Made by a program: the position numbers and the translations under genes. DNA of 64,000 nt. It comes from Orbicella franksi. Its lineage: Eukaryota. Of this stretch, positions 23,767 to 35,847 are shown one piece after another. Location: the NCBI GenBank assembly GCA_964199315.1, contig OZ116709.1:6324001-6388000 (forward strand). The letters are read 5' to 3'. A model generated the notes under the pieces. That model saw only the letters and a program-made list of their open reading frames with translations, had not been told where the DNA came from and searched no databases. Numbering within the stretch: position 1 is the first letter of the stretch; every line of letters starts with the position of its first letter.

Positions 23767-26700
23767 ATGTCCGTTACAGCCTCAGCCGAGGAGAGAAGGT
23801 TGTCATACGGCTGGTTGAGGTTTCGTCCAACATGGCTGCAGTTCCTCAACAATCCAAAATGGTTCTTGTTCTTCTTGGGTCAGTATTTCTTCACGCAGAG
23901 TCTCATCACCAGTGGCTTGTACCCTGGTACCGTGAGCACGATACAAAAACGCTTTGCCTCTTCAAGGTAAGGTCCGTGAATTCCAAGCCTTTGGAAGTAC
24001 AATGTAAGGCTTCTCCTCTCTTCCCTATAGTGACTTCTTTTTACGTTTTCCGTCTCTTTCTCTACAATTTGAGGTCATTGCGGTTCGGTAAAGAAGACGG
24101 AATATTTAAAAGTGAAAGTTTTGGAAAAAGAACGACTAGTAGGGCAGTCATAAAAATGCGCCATCTATCGTAAAAAAATCCTCCTAAAGTTAAGAAAAAA
24201 AATGCAAAAAAGTTACGTAAGTTCCCATGTTAACAAAGTTCCCCGATTTTAGGTAAAAAAAGGTTTTTCTTTTGGTTCCAGAAAGTTCCCTCTCCCCTTC
24301 TCGGTATTTCTTGGAATATCTGTTATTTCTGATACATAGTTCTGGCATGGTTCTCGAGGAAACCAAACTTGTCTGTCTGTCTGTTTGTTTGTCTGTCTAT
24401 CTATCTGTCTATCTGCCTGACTGTCCGACTCAGAGTTTGTTTGTCTGAAGACTGTCTGTCCTTCTGTCTATCTGTCTATCTGTCTGTCTGTCTATCTGTC
24501 TATCTGGCTGACTGTCTGACTCAGTGTTTGTTTGTCTGATGACTGTCTGACTGTCTGTCTATCTGTCTATCTGCTTGACTGTCTGACTCAGTGTTTGTTT
24601 GTCTGATGACTGTCTGTCTATCTGTCTATCTGTCTGCCTGTCTGTCTATCATGTCTATCTATCTATCTATCTATCTGTCTATCTGCCTGACTGTCTGACT
24701 CAGTGTTTGTTTGTCTGATGACTGTCTGTCTATCTGTCTATCTGTCTGCCTGTCTGTCTATCTGTCTATCTGTCTATCTGTCTATCTGCCTGACTGTCTG
24801 ACTCAGTGTTTGTTTGTCTGATGACTGTCTGTCTATCTGTCTATCTATCTGTCTATCTGCCTGACTGTCTGACTCAGTGTTTGTTTGTCTGATGACTGTC
24901 TGTCTATCTGTCTGTCTGTCTATCTGTCTATCTGTCTATCTGTCTGTCTGTCTGTCTATCTGTCTATCTATCTGTTGATCTGCCTGACTGTCTGACTCAA
25001 TGTTTGTTTGTCTGATGACTGTCTGTCTATCTGTCTGCCTGTCTGTCTATCTGTCTATCTATCTGTCTATCTGCCGATCTGCCTGACTGTCTGACTCAGT
25101 GTTTTTTTGTCTGAAGACTGTCTATCTGTCTCTCTGTCTCTCTGTCTATCTATCTATCTATCTACCTGTCTATCTGCCTGACTGTCTGACTCAGTGTTTG
25201 CTTGTCTGATGACTGTCTGTCTATCTGTCTATCTGTCTGTCTCTCTGTCTATCTGTCTATCTGCCTGACTGTCTGACTCAGTGTTTGTTTGTCTGATGAC
25301 TGTCTGTCTGTCTGTCTGCCTGCCTGCTTGTCTGAATTTCTCATATCAACATAAGGACGATTTTTAAAAATTTCAAGCTCACTTTGTCAGTTGTTGCTTA
25401 AAAATTTAGTCGGTTATCAGTTGTCACTCAACGCCATCTAGGTCTTGGTTAACACCGAGTTCTTTGTTTCAACAGTTTCATGATGGGAATGATACAGAGT
25501 AGTTATGACATTGCTGCCGTGGTCTTCACTCCGTTCGTCAGCTTCTTCGGAGGCCCTCGTAAAAAGCCGGTGTTCTGCAGCTTGGGCTTGCTCATCATGG
25601 CTGTCGGTGTCTTTATCTTCATCTTACCACACTTCATCTCTTCGCCGTACGAAGCTGGTTAGTACAGTAACAAGTGATCAAAGGCTTATGTCGGGCAACT
25701 CGTGATTGTTATGGATTGGCACTTCGTAGGGGCTGCATTAGGTATCTTCCGCTACAAATGCATCAAGCATTTCACAAACCAAGCCTCGCGTAAAATATTA
25801 AAATTAGTCTCATAGGACAACTGAAATGTAAATGTATTTTGTGGTCTGACGTTCTGATTAAAAATTCGTCACCAATGGTCTTTCCTATATAATTTCTAGG
25901 AGTTTCCACTGATACCAACGCAACCGTCAGCCGTGGCGAACTATGCGCGGGAAATCTGACGACGTTTGGCCGGAAAACAGACTGTGAAGAGGACACCTAC
26001 ACTGGTGGCAACGATCTTTACTACGCGATGTTCATTCTGGGAATGGTTGTTGCAGGCATAGGCAGTACTCCAAAGTACACTCTAGGAATTTCCTACATCG
26101 ATGAAAACGTCAAGGCAAAAGCGGCACCTATGTACTTTGGGATTTTTGTTGCTTTTGGAATAGTGGGTATAAAGGGATAACTATTTTATTCACTTTTGGA
26201 CTTTTGGTAATAAGTATCATATCTTCTCGAGAAATCACTGGGGTCTTTAGTCCTCATATTGTCTAAAAATAAACGGTGTTTTTGGCGAGTTTTTCGAATA
26301 TTTTGTCAAAAAGAAACATTTTTTTCGACGGAAGGTTATCATCAAGAAATAATTTCTTAGGCTGAAATTTGAAGAATAATCATAGACAGCCCTTGTGTGA
26401 GGCGGGGTGACCTCATGGTTAGTGCGCTCGACTCCGGATTGAGCGGCCCGGGTTCGGGCCTTGGCCTGGGGCATTGTGTTGTGTTCTTGGGCAACAAACT
26501 TTACTCTCACGGTGCTTCTCTCCAGCCAGGTGCATATATGGATGCCGGGAGGTTAATGCTGAGGGTAACCCTGTGATGGACTAGTATCCCATCCAGGGGG
26601 GACTATAAATACTCCTAGTCGCTTCATTCTACGGCTACCAGAGATTAGCACCGGCCAGACTGGCCACTGGGGTTGTATTTTATCTCTTGCACACGTTTGT

Positions 26701-29700
26701 AAATTAACGAGTACAGATTTCTCTTTTCGCTTGACGTAGATCCGCGAAAGACAACAAAGTCACAATTCTTGATGTAATGATGAATGGATCTGTCAATCAT
26801 TTCTTTCAGGTGCCGCTGCGGGATTTGTTTTAAGTCCAATCTTCCTTTCAAAGTTCGTCGAATTTGGAGTTCAGACCTCGCTGACTCCTGACGATAGGCG
26901 ATGGGTGGGGAACTGGTGGCTAGGTTTTGCCATATTTGGAGGTTTATGTGCGTTCTGGAGTCTCTGGCTCTTTGCCTTTCCCAAAGAGTTTCCGAAAACC
27001 AAGAAGCGAAGAGTAGAAGAAGAAGCTAAACTCAAAGAGAGCACCAGTGACGATGTAAGTTATAACAGGAACTTGGTGTAACATCTCGAACAACACCAAA
27101 ATTGATTTCCACTGGATTCGCTCAATAACCTCACTGTAATGTCACCCTCAACAACTTGAACTTCCGACCGAGCTCAACTCAAAACCGCGCGCGCTGACTA
27201 GATGTGATCATTCAAGTCATTTTCTTTACAATTTTAATGTCAGTAACTCGAACCACTTTGTCAGAGGGTAATGAGTCAAACCCTACTCCAGAACAATAAA
27301 TTTGATTTCTAACAAGCCTAGCATTGTGGTACGATAGTCGGCGGATAGCCAACTCGGCTGCGCCTCATTGACTATTCGCTCAGAGAAAACTCCGGCTCGT
27401 AGTCTAACTGTTAAACAGAAATACGATATTTAACCAATAAGCGCTCGTATTTTATTGGGGCTATTTTCTAATTGTAATCATAACTGTAACAAACTTCTCG
27501 ATCGTGATTGGTTCTCCGCGCGCCTATTTGTAACGTAATCGATGGCGATCAAATGCAAGCATCCAATGTCGACTTTCTGTGATTGGATACCTTCGCCATT
27601 GGCACGTCAGTTATGCGAGCTTCAATGGCTTCCTTCTCAATGGTCCCTACAGTTTTTACCACAACGACCACTACAACTTATGGAAAAAACTACCGACTTT
27701 TTCGCTCAAAAGAAATTCTCAAAACACTTTTTTAAATCTCGAACTTTGTTATTGAAACGATTGATTGGTAATTTCAAATCTACCCTACGCTTCGCGCTCG
27801 TTCAATTGTGAAATTAATCGCTCGACTACTCCCTGAATTATACTCCACTAGGTCCAATTACTATTACTAATTAGTGGAATTCTACTAGTATACTAATGCA
27901 AATGCTGCAATCTGATTGGCTGAGCTGCTCGTATACTATCAGCCATTAGAATGCAGTAGCTTTCGGTCGTGCACGAAATGCGACGTTTTTATCGTTTTTC
28001 CAAAGTTTTGGAAGAAAGGTTAGATGTAAATGGATAATTATATTCCTGAGAAGACAAAAAGAAGGATATAAACGGGTTCCTGACTTGAAAAACTTGAAAT
28101 TATTGAAAAAACCGGTGCGCGCGCGCGTAAGCAATTGCAAATTTACCAAGGAAAATTCAATACGTGCGATTCTGTTAAAGCGTAAAGTTCAATAATGCGT
28201 CGAAAAATATTTGGAAACCATTATTTGCGTTAATTTAAGTTAGAATTCTACTAAAAACAATTAGATTATTCGCTCTCGATTTCTATGAGGTGAGAGCAGG
28301 AGCCATAATCGGGGACGGAGACCGTAAGTCTGGGGATTCGCGCGCACCTATGATATGGGACAATTTTTCTATTTTTAGAACAAATTGCGCCATCCTGACG
28401 TCATATATCCGCGCGGATTCACGCACATGTCGGGGACTCTCGCGTGGATGTTGTCACGTTGCTTGATCAAATGGTGAGATTTGAGAGATTCTCTTGCGTA
28501 TTTTTCACGGCGATGGCAGGGAATAAGGCAGGGAATACGAACCAGGGCGCTTATATGTAGTTTTATGCTCTGAGCTAACGGAAAAGGTGGGTTTTTCAGG
28601 GTCGAAAGCAAGACTTCAATCTCGCGCTGAGAATGAATAATAAGATCTGCTCACGCTAGTTGTAAGCTTACGCGTATGTTTTTGCGTCTGTTCTGACTTA
28701 AGAATATAGCAAGAAAACTCTCTACTCTGGTATCGAGTTAATTTGTGAGTTTCTTAGGCAATGGTTAATCATAACCAAAACCTGTTTTGATGGTTTCTTA
28801 TTGTTTCTGCTTGTTTGGTGAGTTTGCAAAAGATTTTGAAAGGAAAGTCTGACGCGTACAATTAGCTCATTTGCATTGTGCAGCTCGTGTACTTTCAAGT
28901 CCGAGTCGGTGTTTTCAATTGTCAACAAATCTTGACAAAGATTTCTTTCGTTGTCTTTTGTGCTGAGATGCTGCAACAAATTTTACGAACGCACAAAAGG
29001 CTACTAACATCATGTGTGTTTCTTCAACATAAGCATAGTGAAGTTTTACACTGTGAAAATGAAAATAGAAATAAATCAACAAAATCGAAATCGTTATTTG
29101 AAGTTGATTAACGAAAGCGTCATCGTAACTTTGCTGATTATTTCTGCTTTATTCACATATTTTCAGCTTAGCTTTTAATATGTTCTCAAACATTTATCAA
29201 TCTTAAACATATTTAAAAACTATCGAGTTATTGTTTGAGTTCGATGTACGCTTTCACACGAAAGTGCGGTGGAAGTACAATTTGTCATGTTTATTGACTG
29301 TACAAAACACGCATCGGCGGGCGCTCTCATTCATCGAGAACAGAGAATTTACTGGATTTTTACACGAATAAAACTGAGCAGTATCTACGGACGTAAAGTT
29401 ATTAGGCCTTGATGAAACATTAAGCGTTGCTTATAATTCAAGCGAAACTCAAACTAGCAATTATTTTGTTTAGTTTTCGGTCGCGATAGACTGGCAAATT
29501 CCTCGCAAGCGTGTGGCAAGAGGAGCTAGGAAACTATGAAGTCCTGAAGCTCTGCTATATCTTAATATATCCAGCTAGTTTTTTGCTCTGTAATGGAAAA
29601 GCTGTTAATCTTCAACATATGTGAAATTTAGAGTGGAGTAATGTACAGCTCATGTAAAAGAAGCATCCGTCGGGACACAACTTGGTCAGCGATATATATA

Positions 29701-32700
29701 AGCTTACAGCGGAACATACCTAAATTCGACACTGTCTTACTTCACTCAAACTGGAGCAGCTTACGACGAAAATACTTCCAACAAAATTCCAACAGACGTA
29801 AACGCGTTGAGTTGTGGGCCAAAAACATGAAAAATTTCGGGAATTTCGGACGCCATTTCCCCCGCGCGACATCCGCAAAAATCCTCGCAGCATGTACGCG
29901 CGTGTGCCTTAGGCGATGGCGCAATTTGTTCTAAAAATAGAATTATTGTCCCATATCATGGGGACAACCCCAATACTTGAAATGGCGCGCGCTTACGGTC
30001 TCCGTCCCCGATTATGGCTCCTGGTGAGAGTTGATTCGGCCTTCGGCCTCACCAGCTATCACCTCATAGAAATCTCGATCTCATAATTCAATTGTTAATT
30101 AGTGACTTGTTTATCTTCGTTCGCACCATTATAGTTAATTTTAAATGCTCTATAATTTTGTTTCTCCTCAGCCTACAAAGAATAACGTTGCCATTGCCTA
30201 TTCAGGACTAAAAGACCTTCCCAAAGCCACTAAGATGGTCTTCACTTGTTTTCCATTCGTCTTCATCACCATAGGTGCATGCTTAGAGGAGTTCGTTGTC
30301 TCTTCTGTCACTACCTTTGGGCCAAAACTACTGGAGGCCCAATTCTACGTACCGGCGGGCCGCTCTGCACTATTGTACGGCGTAGTGGCCATCCCTGTGG
30401 CGTTATTTGGAAACATGCTTGGTACGTATTTACAGCTGGGAATTACGCAGGAGTCCATCACTCGGAACCTCCATACGTACCATTACGTAGAGTCAACCCT
30501 TTCCCGTATTGTTCTATTTTTAGAACTGTAATTAGCGCAGGGGTCTCTTGGTTTCCCACGATAATATCTTGTTTCTGCAGATAGAAAATGCAAAATAGAG
30601 GGCAAAAGGGTGATCTCTGATTTTGTTGTAACAAAGAATGGTCTTAGATCGGGTATCATTGGGTATTGAAAAAGCGTCGTGTGAAAACTTCCATAAGAGC
30701 TGTTTCTAAAAATAGAAAGATATGGGAAAAGGTTGACTAACAGGGTTAGTAAAGGAGATGAAGGCTCCGGGTAATGGGCTTCTGGAATTACGTCGACTTC
30801 CAAATGACATTAATGATGTTACAGGCGCTAACAATAATATATAAGGAGGAAAATGTCTGGTGTGGTCTTTTGTGAACACCTTTTCCCCTTAGCTTCTTAA
30901 GAGCGCTGAACGACTACTCACCATAATTGGGCTTTTTTATATTTTGAGTTAATTAGGGAACGAAAGGGTTAAAACCCTTTTATTCCCTAACTCAAAATAT
31001 GAATCATCTTTACGAAGCGTCATAATTTTTGTCATGACAGGAGCCTGCTAGCAAGCGTTCCCGTAAGAAGAACCTTTCCGCATTCTGACCGCGCGTAAAT
31101 TGGAGCGAGAGCAAAAATTCCATGAAGCACCACCACCCCCTGCTTCGTCGACTTTTTGTTCTCGCTCCAATTTACGCGCGGTCAGAATGCAGAAAAGCTC
31201 TTTGAACGGGAACATTTGCTACGCAGGCTATCATGACAGCTGAAGTAAGGGTTGTTGCTACATTAAGATAATTGCTCCTTTGTTAATTTTTTTTTTTTAT
31301 CATGGATTCTCAATGACGGCTTTCCCTCAAAAGCTATCAAACGCTGTTTCAGTCTATCTAGAGTGCTTTTAAAGCTCTGTACGTTAATTTTAGGCTGCGC
31401 TAGAAACGTTTTATCTGTTCGGTCATTCTAGGTGGATCTTGAGTCTCCTCGGATTTATTAGGGTTTTTCTGTCCATTTCTCGAAAACCTTAGGCCTTACT
31501 GCCTCTCTGAAAATAGCTGATCTTTTTTTGGTACCCAAAATAAATGAAATTTTTCAATCCGAAAACAACATTTAATTTCCTGCATCATAAACGTTCAAGG
31601 TAACAGTTTTCTTGAGACAAATGGAGGGGATTTAAGGCCTCGCGGAAAGAAACTTTATCCGAAAACGATCCGATGGGAGACAATTAAAAGTAATCATTTG
31701 TCTTTTAGGAGCTTACATCAACAAAAGATTGAACTTAAACCTGGCGGGAGCTGCCAAGATGTGTTTCATTGCAGCATGTATCGGTCTCGGGTGTACTTGT
31801 CTACTCTACATCAAATGCGACACATTACAGATTGCAGGAGTAAATACGCGTTACTTGAATAGGTTAGTGTATCTTGTGCAGCTAAGAGCTTTGGAAGTGG
31901 CTGATGCCATCTAGTCAAAACAAAGGGATAGGTTGCACCTTTTAGAGCAGTTTTCAGTTAAGCTTGAACAATAACCCGCAATTGCTTTGGTGTCGAATTA
32001 CTGGGCTCTGGGCTCTGTTGGCTGGTTGGCCCCAGCTACTGAACCAATCGGACGCAGAATCGACACAACCTCGATCCCAGACTCTCCCTTCTTCGCCTCC
32101 CAAAGGAGAGAGCTTGAGATTGAGGTTGGAACCAAAGCTGATCGAGATTTGGTCGCACGCAACTCTAACGCTTCGTGGCGGTTACGCGTATCTTCTTCGT
32201 GTTCTCATTGATTCATTGTTACGCTTTTGTGTTTAGCCATTGTAATTGCTTTGGTTAAGGCGTCTTCGTCTCAGGCTATTTGTGAAACTGCAGAGGTATG
32301 CATACAACCGATTGCGAATTATTAATCTAGCATCAGTAACGAGTCCTTTTTCTTTTTCACGTACAGCTCATCTGCTCTCCAGCTCGATTCAAAATGCAAC
32401 CAAGCCTGCAATTGCAGCGGGGTGAGTTATGATCCCGTTTGCGGAGGGCCGCTGACCTACTTCTCCCCCTGTCACGCGGGTTGTGGTCAAAACGATAATC
32501 AGAATGAGGTATGACCATTTGTCATCTTAGAAAAGCGGTATCTGCTAGCGTTTACACTACTTAATAAAGGCTGCTCATTATAATTAAGGTTTCGGGAGAA
32601 ACCACATTTACATTACATTCGTAAGGCATCCTCTTAAAGTCTATGTATAGTATTTCCATGGCATGTGCTCTCTTAAGCATTAGATGGGGCCAAATCAACT

Positions 32701-35139
32701 CTAACATTGTCGTTATTTTTACTGTTAGCTGCGAAGAAAAAGACTATTATCGTGCTGTTTCGGTAGGACAGCTCGGTTTTGATTACCACTCGTACGCTCG
32801 GCGCAGTCACTTTATACACGACTACGAAAAACAGATATACTAAGTTGTAATTAATCGATAAAACCCGCTTTAATCTTCACTTTCAGTCTTCTTCCTACTA
32901 CCAAAGCTGTACCTGTATCATGTCCAAAGACGATCCCATTGGAAAGGTGGAGAGGGACGTGTGCCAAGTGGATTGCGAGCTCAACCTAGTGCTGTTTTTA
33001 ATTGTACTTTCCGCCGTTGCCCTGATGACGTTCTTGAACGATACACCGGCTTTAGTAGTTACATTAAGGTACTGTTTCCTAACTTTTTGTCTGTTTGTTT
33101 GTTCTTGTTATTCATATAGCTGGTCTCCGCATCAAACATCCTCGAGCGTCCGTTCTGCATGCTAGTTGATTTGTTCCCAGCCCTTTTCATTTCCAGCGTC
33201 CTCTAAAAGTTTCATGGGACACTTGGTCTTGCGTACGTCAGGTGTTAAAAAGTCGATAAAACATTTATTTTAAGTCGACAAATGTAAGTCTAACCCGATG
33301 GAGAGTGACGGACGTTTTGGGCGAATTTATCAATTTTTAGACGGAACAACATTTTGACAGGTGAAGAGAAATAAGAGCCGACATCTTTTACCGGTACATA
33401 CAGCTTTGAGATTTTTGTTCTGGATTGTGTGGCACTCTCAGTGACGCTACACTATAACTAGTGCAGTGTCACAAAGGTTTCGAATCGTGCGCAGTCAAGG
33501 GTCGATAATACGGAAAGAGCATTCTCGTTTCCAGAGGCCGCGCTCCTTTTGGTCAGCACCAAGAATCACGACCTCTGGGCTGGGTCAACACCGGAAGTCC
33601 GCGATTCACGGACTTTCCGTCAAATCTGACAAATCTGACAAATCTGATTGGCTGAGAGTACGAAACGAAAGCTCTGCGCATGCTCAGATAATCGGGTCCG
33701 GTCAGAGGTCGCGATCTCTGACCGGACCTCTGACCTCTGGTGCTGACAAAAAGGAGCGTGGCCTCTGGGGACGAGAATGATGGGCGAGTATCTCGCTAGT
33801 AACGCAAATGTTTAAGTTCAAACCTTTTAAAAGTTTTTGAATTTTTTTACGGGCTTCTTTTTTCCCGCTTTCTCTTCTTTGTCAAATTTAGCTGAGCAAG
33901 CAGTTGTTTAAATTTGTCGTTACTGGCTTAACAGCTAACGTTACTGACAAGGTTTTCACTCTTTTTTTTCGTTTTAAGGGGCCTTCCAGCTGGACAACAG
34001 GCGTACGCGTTGGGTCTCCAAAGTGATCTGACCAAGATCCTTGGCACTATTCCCGGTCCTATCATCTTCGGAGCACTTATAGACCAAACCTGCATCCTGT
34101 GGGACACAAAGTACTCCTTAAACAAATGTCCTGATCTCGTTGTTGCTTCTGCTGTCGCAATCTCGTTCCCCGGGGGGGGGGGGGGGGGTGGAAACCAATA
34201 TAAAGAGGACGGGGACGCTCTTCGGAAATTTTGAAAAGAGCCACTAAGAGGTACCAAGATCCTGTTTAGTGGGCGTGGCTTGAGATTTTTTTCAATATCA
34301 ATTCTAAAACAACACATTAACCGGCATTGAATGCTTTTTTCCGCTCAATGCCCTCAAAGGTACCGCTGAACCTTCCGCTGTGGACCATTTAAGGCTCAAC
34401 ACCCTGAGAGGTACCAAACCCCTAAAAGGTACGATGATTATATGGGAGTCACCCCCCCCCCCCCCCCTCTCCTCGGGCTTGTTCTCAAAGACAGCGATCT
34501 TTTAGTTGACCTCTGGGAGAAATCGCAAGGTTGGCCAGCACTCGTCTGGTCACAGCTAGTTTTACGCATGTTCAGAAACCGTTATTGAACTTGAAGACAC
34601 AATCAAACCGGGACAAGGATTTTCTGGTTCCTGGTTTTGATTACGTCCAGGGTCGTTGAGCGTTCGGTCTCGGATGACCAAACACGCAAGGGTTCTGGGG
34701 ACGAGATTGTTGCCGTTGCTTAAACTGCTATCACAACACATCTCAAAATACTTCTTCACATACAAGGACGTTGACGGAACGTTTTCCCTTGACAGGCAAA
34801 AGATATATAAGTTCTCGCTTACTCCCAGATTTTCTGACTGCGAGCTCTTGTAGCCCACTTCCTCTCATTCGCTTTTAGTGATAAATTACAGAAGTTGAAA
34901 ATCACGAATGACATCACATGCTTGTTTAACACCATTTTTTGTTGCTTGATTGTCCTCCAAGGTGCGGTGAAAGGGGTTTTTGTCTTGCGTACGACCACGA
35001 CGGACTCGCCAAAGTGGTGCTGGGAGTTTTGCTGGTGTGTAAAGGTCTGACCAACACGACTTTCTTTCTGTCGTGGCTCTTCAGTCGGCGACAGACAGAA
35101 AACAACAACACAAGAACAGCTGTCGATACGGCTCTTTAG
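23767..35139 (+). CDS. SLCO: OATP/SLCO organic anion transporter, paralogue A; 10 exons, 643 aa, intact
   Basis: Exons 23767-23966, 25476-25657, 25900-26166, 26810-27054, 30172-30421, 31709-31862, 32367-32508, 32887-33068, 33979-34110, 34962-35139; GT-AG, phases 2,1,1,0,1,2,0,2,2; 1932 nt open. OATP motifs: STIQKRF, LPHF, YIDEN, DRRWVGNWWLGF, Kazal-like CNQACNC..YDPVCG..YFSPCHAGC, GTIPGPIIFGALIDQTCILW. Subfamily (probably OATP4-like) not resolved. Confidence 0.93.
24371..25330 (+). repeat. Compound (TCTG/TCTA)n microsatellite organised into a higher-order repeat, in SLCO-A intron 1
   Basis: About 10 copies of the core CTGCCTGACTGTCTGACTCAGTGTTTGTTTGTCTGATGAC, separated by variable TCTG/TCTA runs. 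Confidence 0.9.
26399..26680 (+). mobile_element. tRNA-derived SINE, near full length, in SLCO-A intron 3
   Basis: A-box-like GACCTCATGGTTAGTGCG and B-box-like GGGTTCGGGCC, followed by the core GTTCTTGGGCAA..ACTTTACTCTCAC.GTGC.TCTCTCCA.CCAGGTG.ATA.ATGG. Confidence 0.8.
27300..30100. repeat. Cluster of interspersed repeats in SLCO-A intron 4, including a hairpin-ended element split by an insertion
   Basis: CTCGATTTCTATGAGGTGAGAG (28275-28296) resumes after the insertion as TTGATTCGGCCTTCGGCCTC...TCACCTCATAGAAATCTCGAT (30031-30080), which restores a hairpin. Confidence 0.55.
28297..30023. mobile_element. 1.73-kb non-autonomous DNA transposon with long TIRs and a 7-bp TSD
   Basis: CAGGAGCCATAATCGGGGACGGAGACCGTAAG / CTTACGGTCTCCGTCCCCGATTATGGCTCCTG are perfect over 32 bp and similar to about 110 bp. 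GTGAGAG at 28290-28296 and 30024-30030. No transposase ORF. Confidence 0.85.
31041..31230. mobile_element. Palindromic 190-bp MITE with a perfect 9-bp TSD
   Basis: (G)AGCCTGCTAGCAAGCGTTCCCGT / ACGGGAACATTTGCTACGCAGGCTA; inner stem GCATTCTGACCGCGCGTAAATTGGAGCGAGA / TCTCGCTCCAATTTACGCGCGGTCAGAATGC. TCATGACAG at 31032-31040 and 31231-31239. Confidence 0.9.
32066..32128. mobile_element. Mini palindromic MITE remnant (CAACCTCG...GAGGTTG)
   Basis: CAACCTCGATCCCAGACTCTCC / GGAGAGAGCTTGAGATTGAGGTTG. Confidence 0.5.
33520..33779. mobile_element. MITE with about 42-bp TIRs in SLCO-A intron 8
   Basis: CATTCTCGTTTCCAGAGGCCGCGCTCCTTTTGGTCAGCACCA / TGGTGCTGACAAAAAGGAGCGTGGCCTCTGGGGACGAGAATG. Confidence 0.8.
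34158..34709. mobile_element. Nested MITEs in SLCO-A intron 9: a G/C-run element (34169-34477) inside the left TIR of a CAATCTCG element
   Basis: Outer CAATCTCGTTC...GGGGACGAGATTG, with flanks CTGCTGTCG / TTGCCGTTG. Inner CCCGGGGGG...CCCCCC..CTCGGG, flanked by CTCGTTC / CTTGTTC. Confidence 0.7.
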
Positions 35140-35847
35140 GAATTCAAGAAACGTGGAAACATTAACTATTTACCTGCAGCAAGGGACATATTTTAAGACG
35201 GAATCCATCACAAGTTCGAGTAACCAGCGGACAAAAACTCCGCACCTAGGCTATTTATATTTACATTGTATTGCAAACTTCTTTGCGACTGTCTAAATAT
35301 CTTCTCAAAAGAAATCATTTCTAACAACACCAAATGTCGAAAACAAATTTTGGGGTTCATATGAAACACTTGAAATGACTGGTGAAATGAAACTGATGAT
35401 GGGATTTTACCCGTGTTTGCACAATTTCTCTGAACTTTGAAATTTATTTTCTCGAGTTCCCATGGAAAATTGTTGTCGGTGTTATTTCAGGCAACTATTT
35501 ATATCTTTAGCTTTTAGAAAATGCAAAATGAACTGTTATGTACTCAAAGCTATTGTGGCGCACGGTTTTTGTCCATTAAAAACTGAAATTGCTCGATTTC
35601 CTATAGGATTTCGTTTTAACATCTTTGGCGCGCGTTACACTAAACGACTTCGACCATCGCTAGTATCGATGTCAAACAACATCAACAATTCTTCGTATTT
35701 TTCATCTAAAAACCCGCCTCCATAGATCAATTCACCAAGCCAAATTTAGAAAATATGCGAAGTTTCGTAAGAATCCGATGCAAACTCATGGAAATACGGG
35801 ACCCCAATTACATTTACCATTTTTTTTACAAGAACTTGCGTACATTT

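Noticed and set aside
24371-25330. Repeat-spacer-like appearance suggesting a CRISPR array
   Set aside because: The spacers are microsatellite runs rather than unique sequence; eukaryotic intron, no cas genes.
26735-26744. CGTAGATCCG resembling the core of miR-100
   Set aside because: Only 10 nt match, the flanks diverge and there is no hairpin.
28722-29934. ORFs inside the 1.7-kb TIR element as transposase remnants
   Set aside because: No DDE, THAP or BED motifs recognised.
30483-30803. 106-aa minus-strand ORF in SLCO-A intron 5
   Set aside because: No domain, a non-ATG start, and no supporting splice sites.
33160-33178. TGCTAGTTGATTTGTTCCC resembling miR-2022
   Set aside because: Several mismatches and no star arm; consistent with chance.
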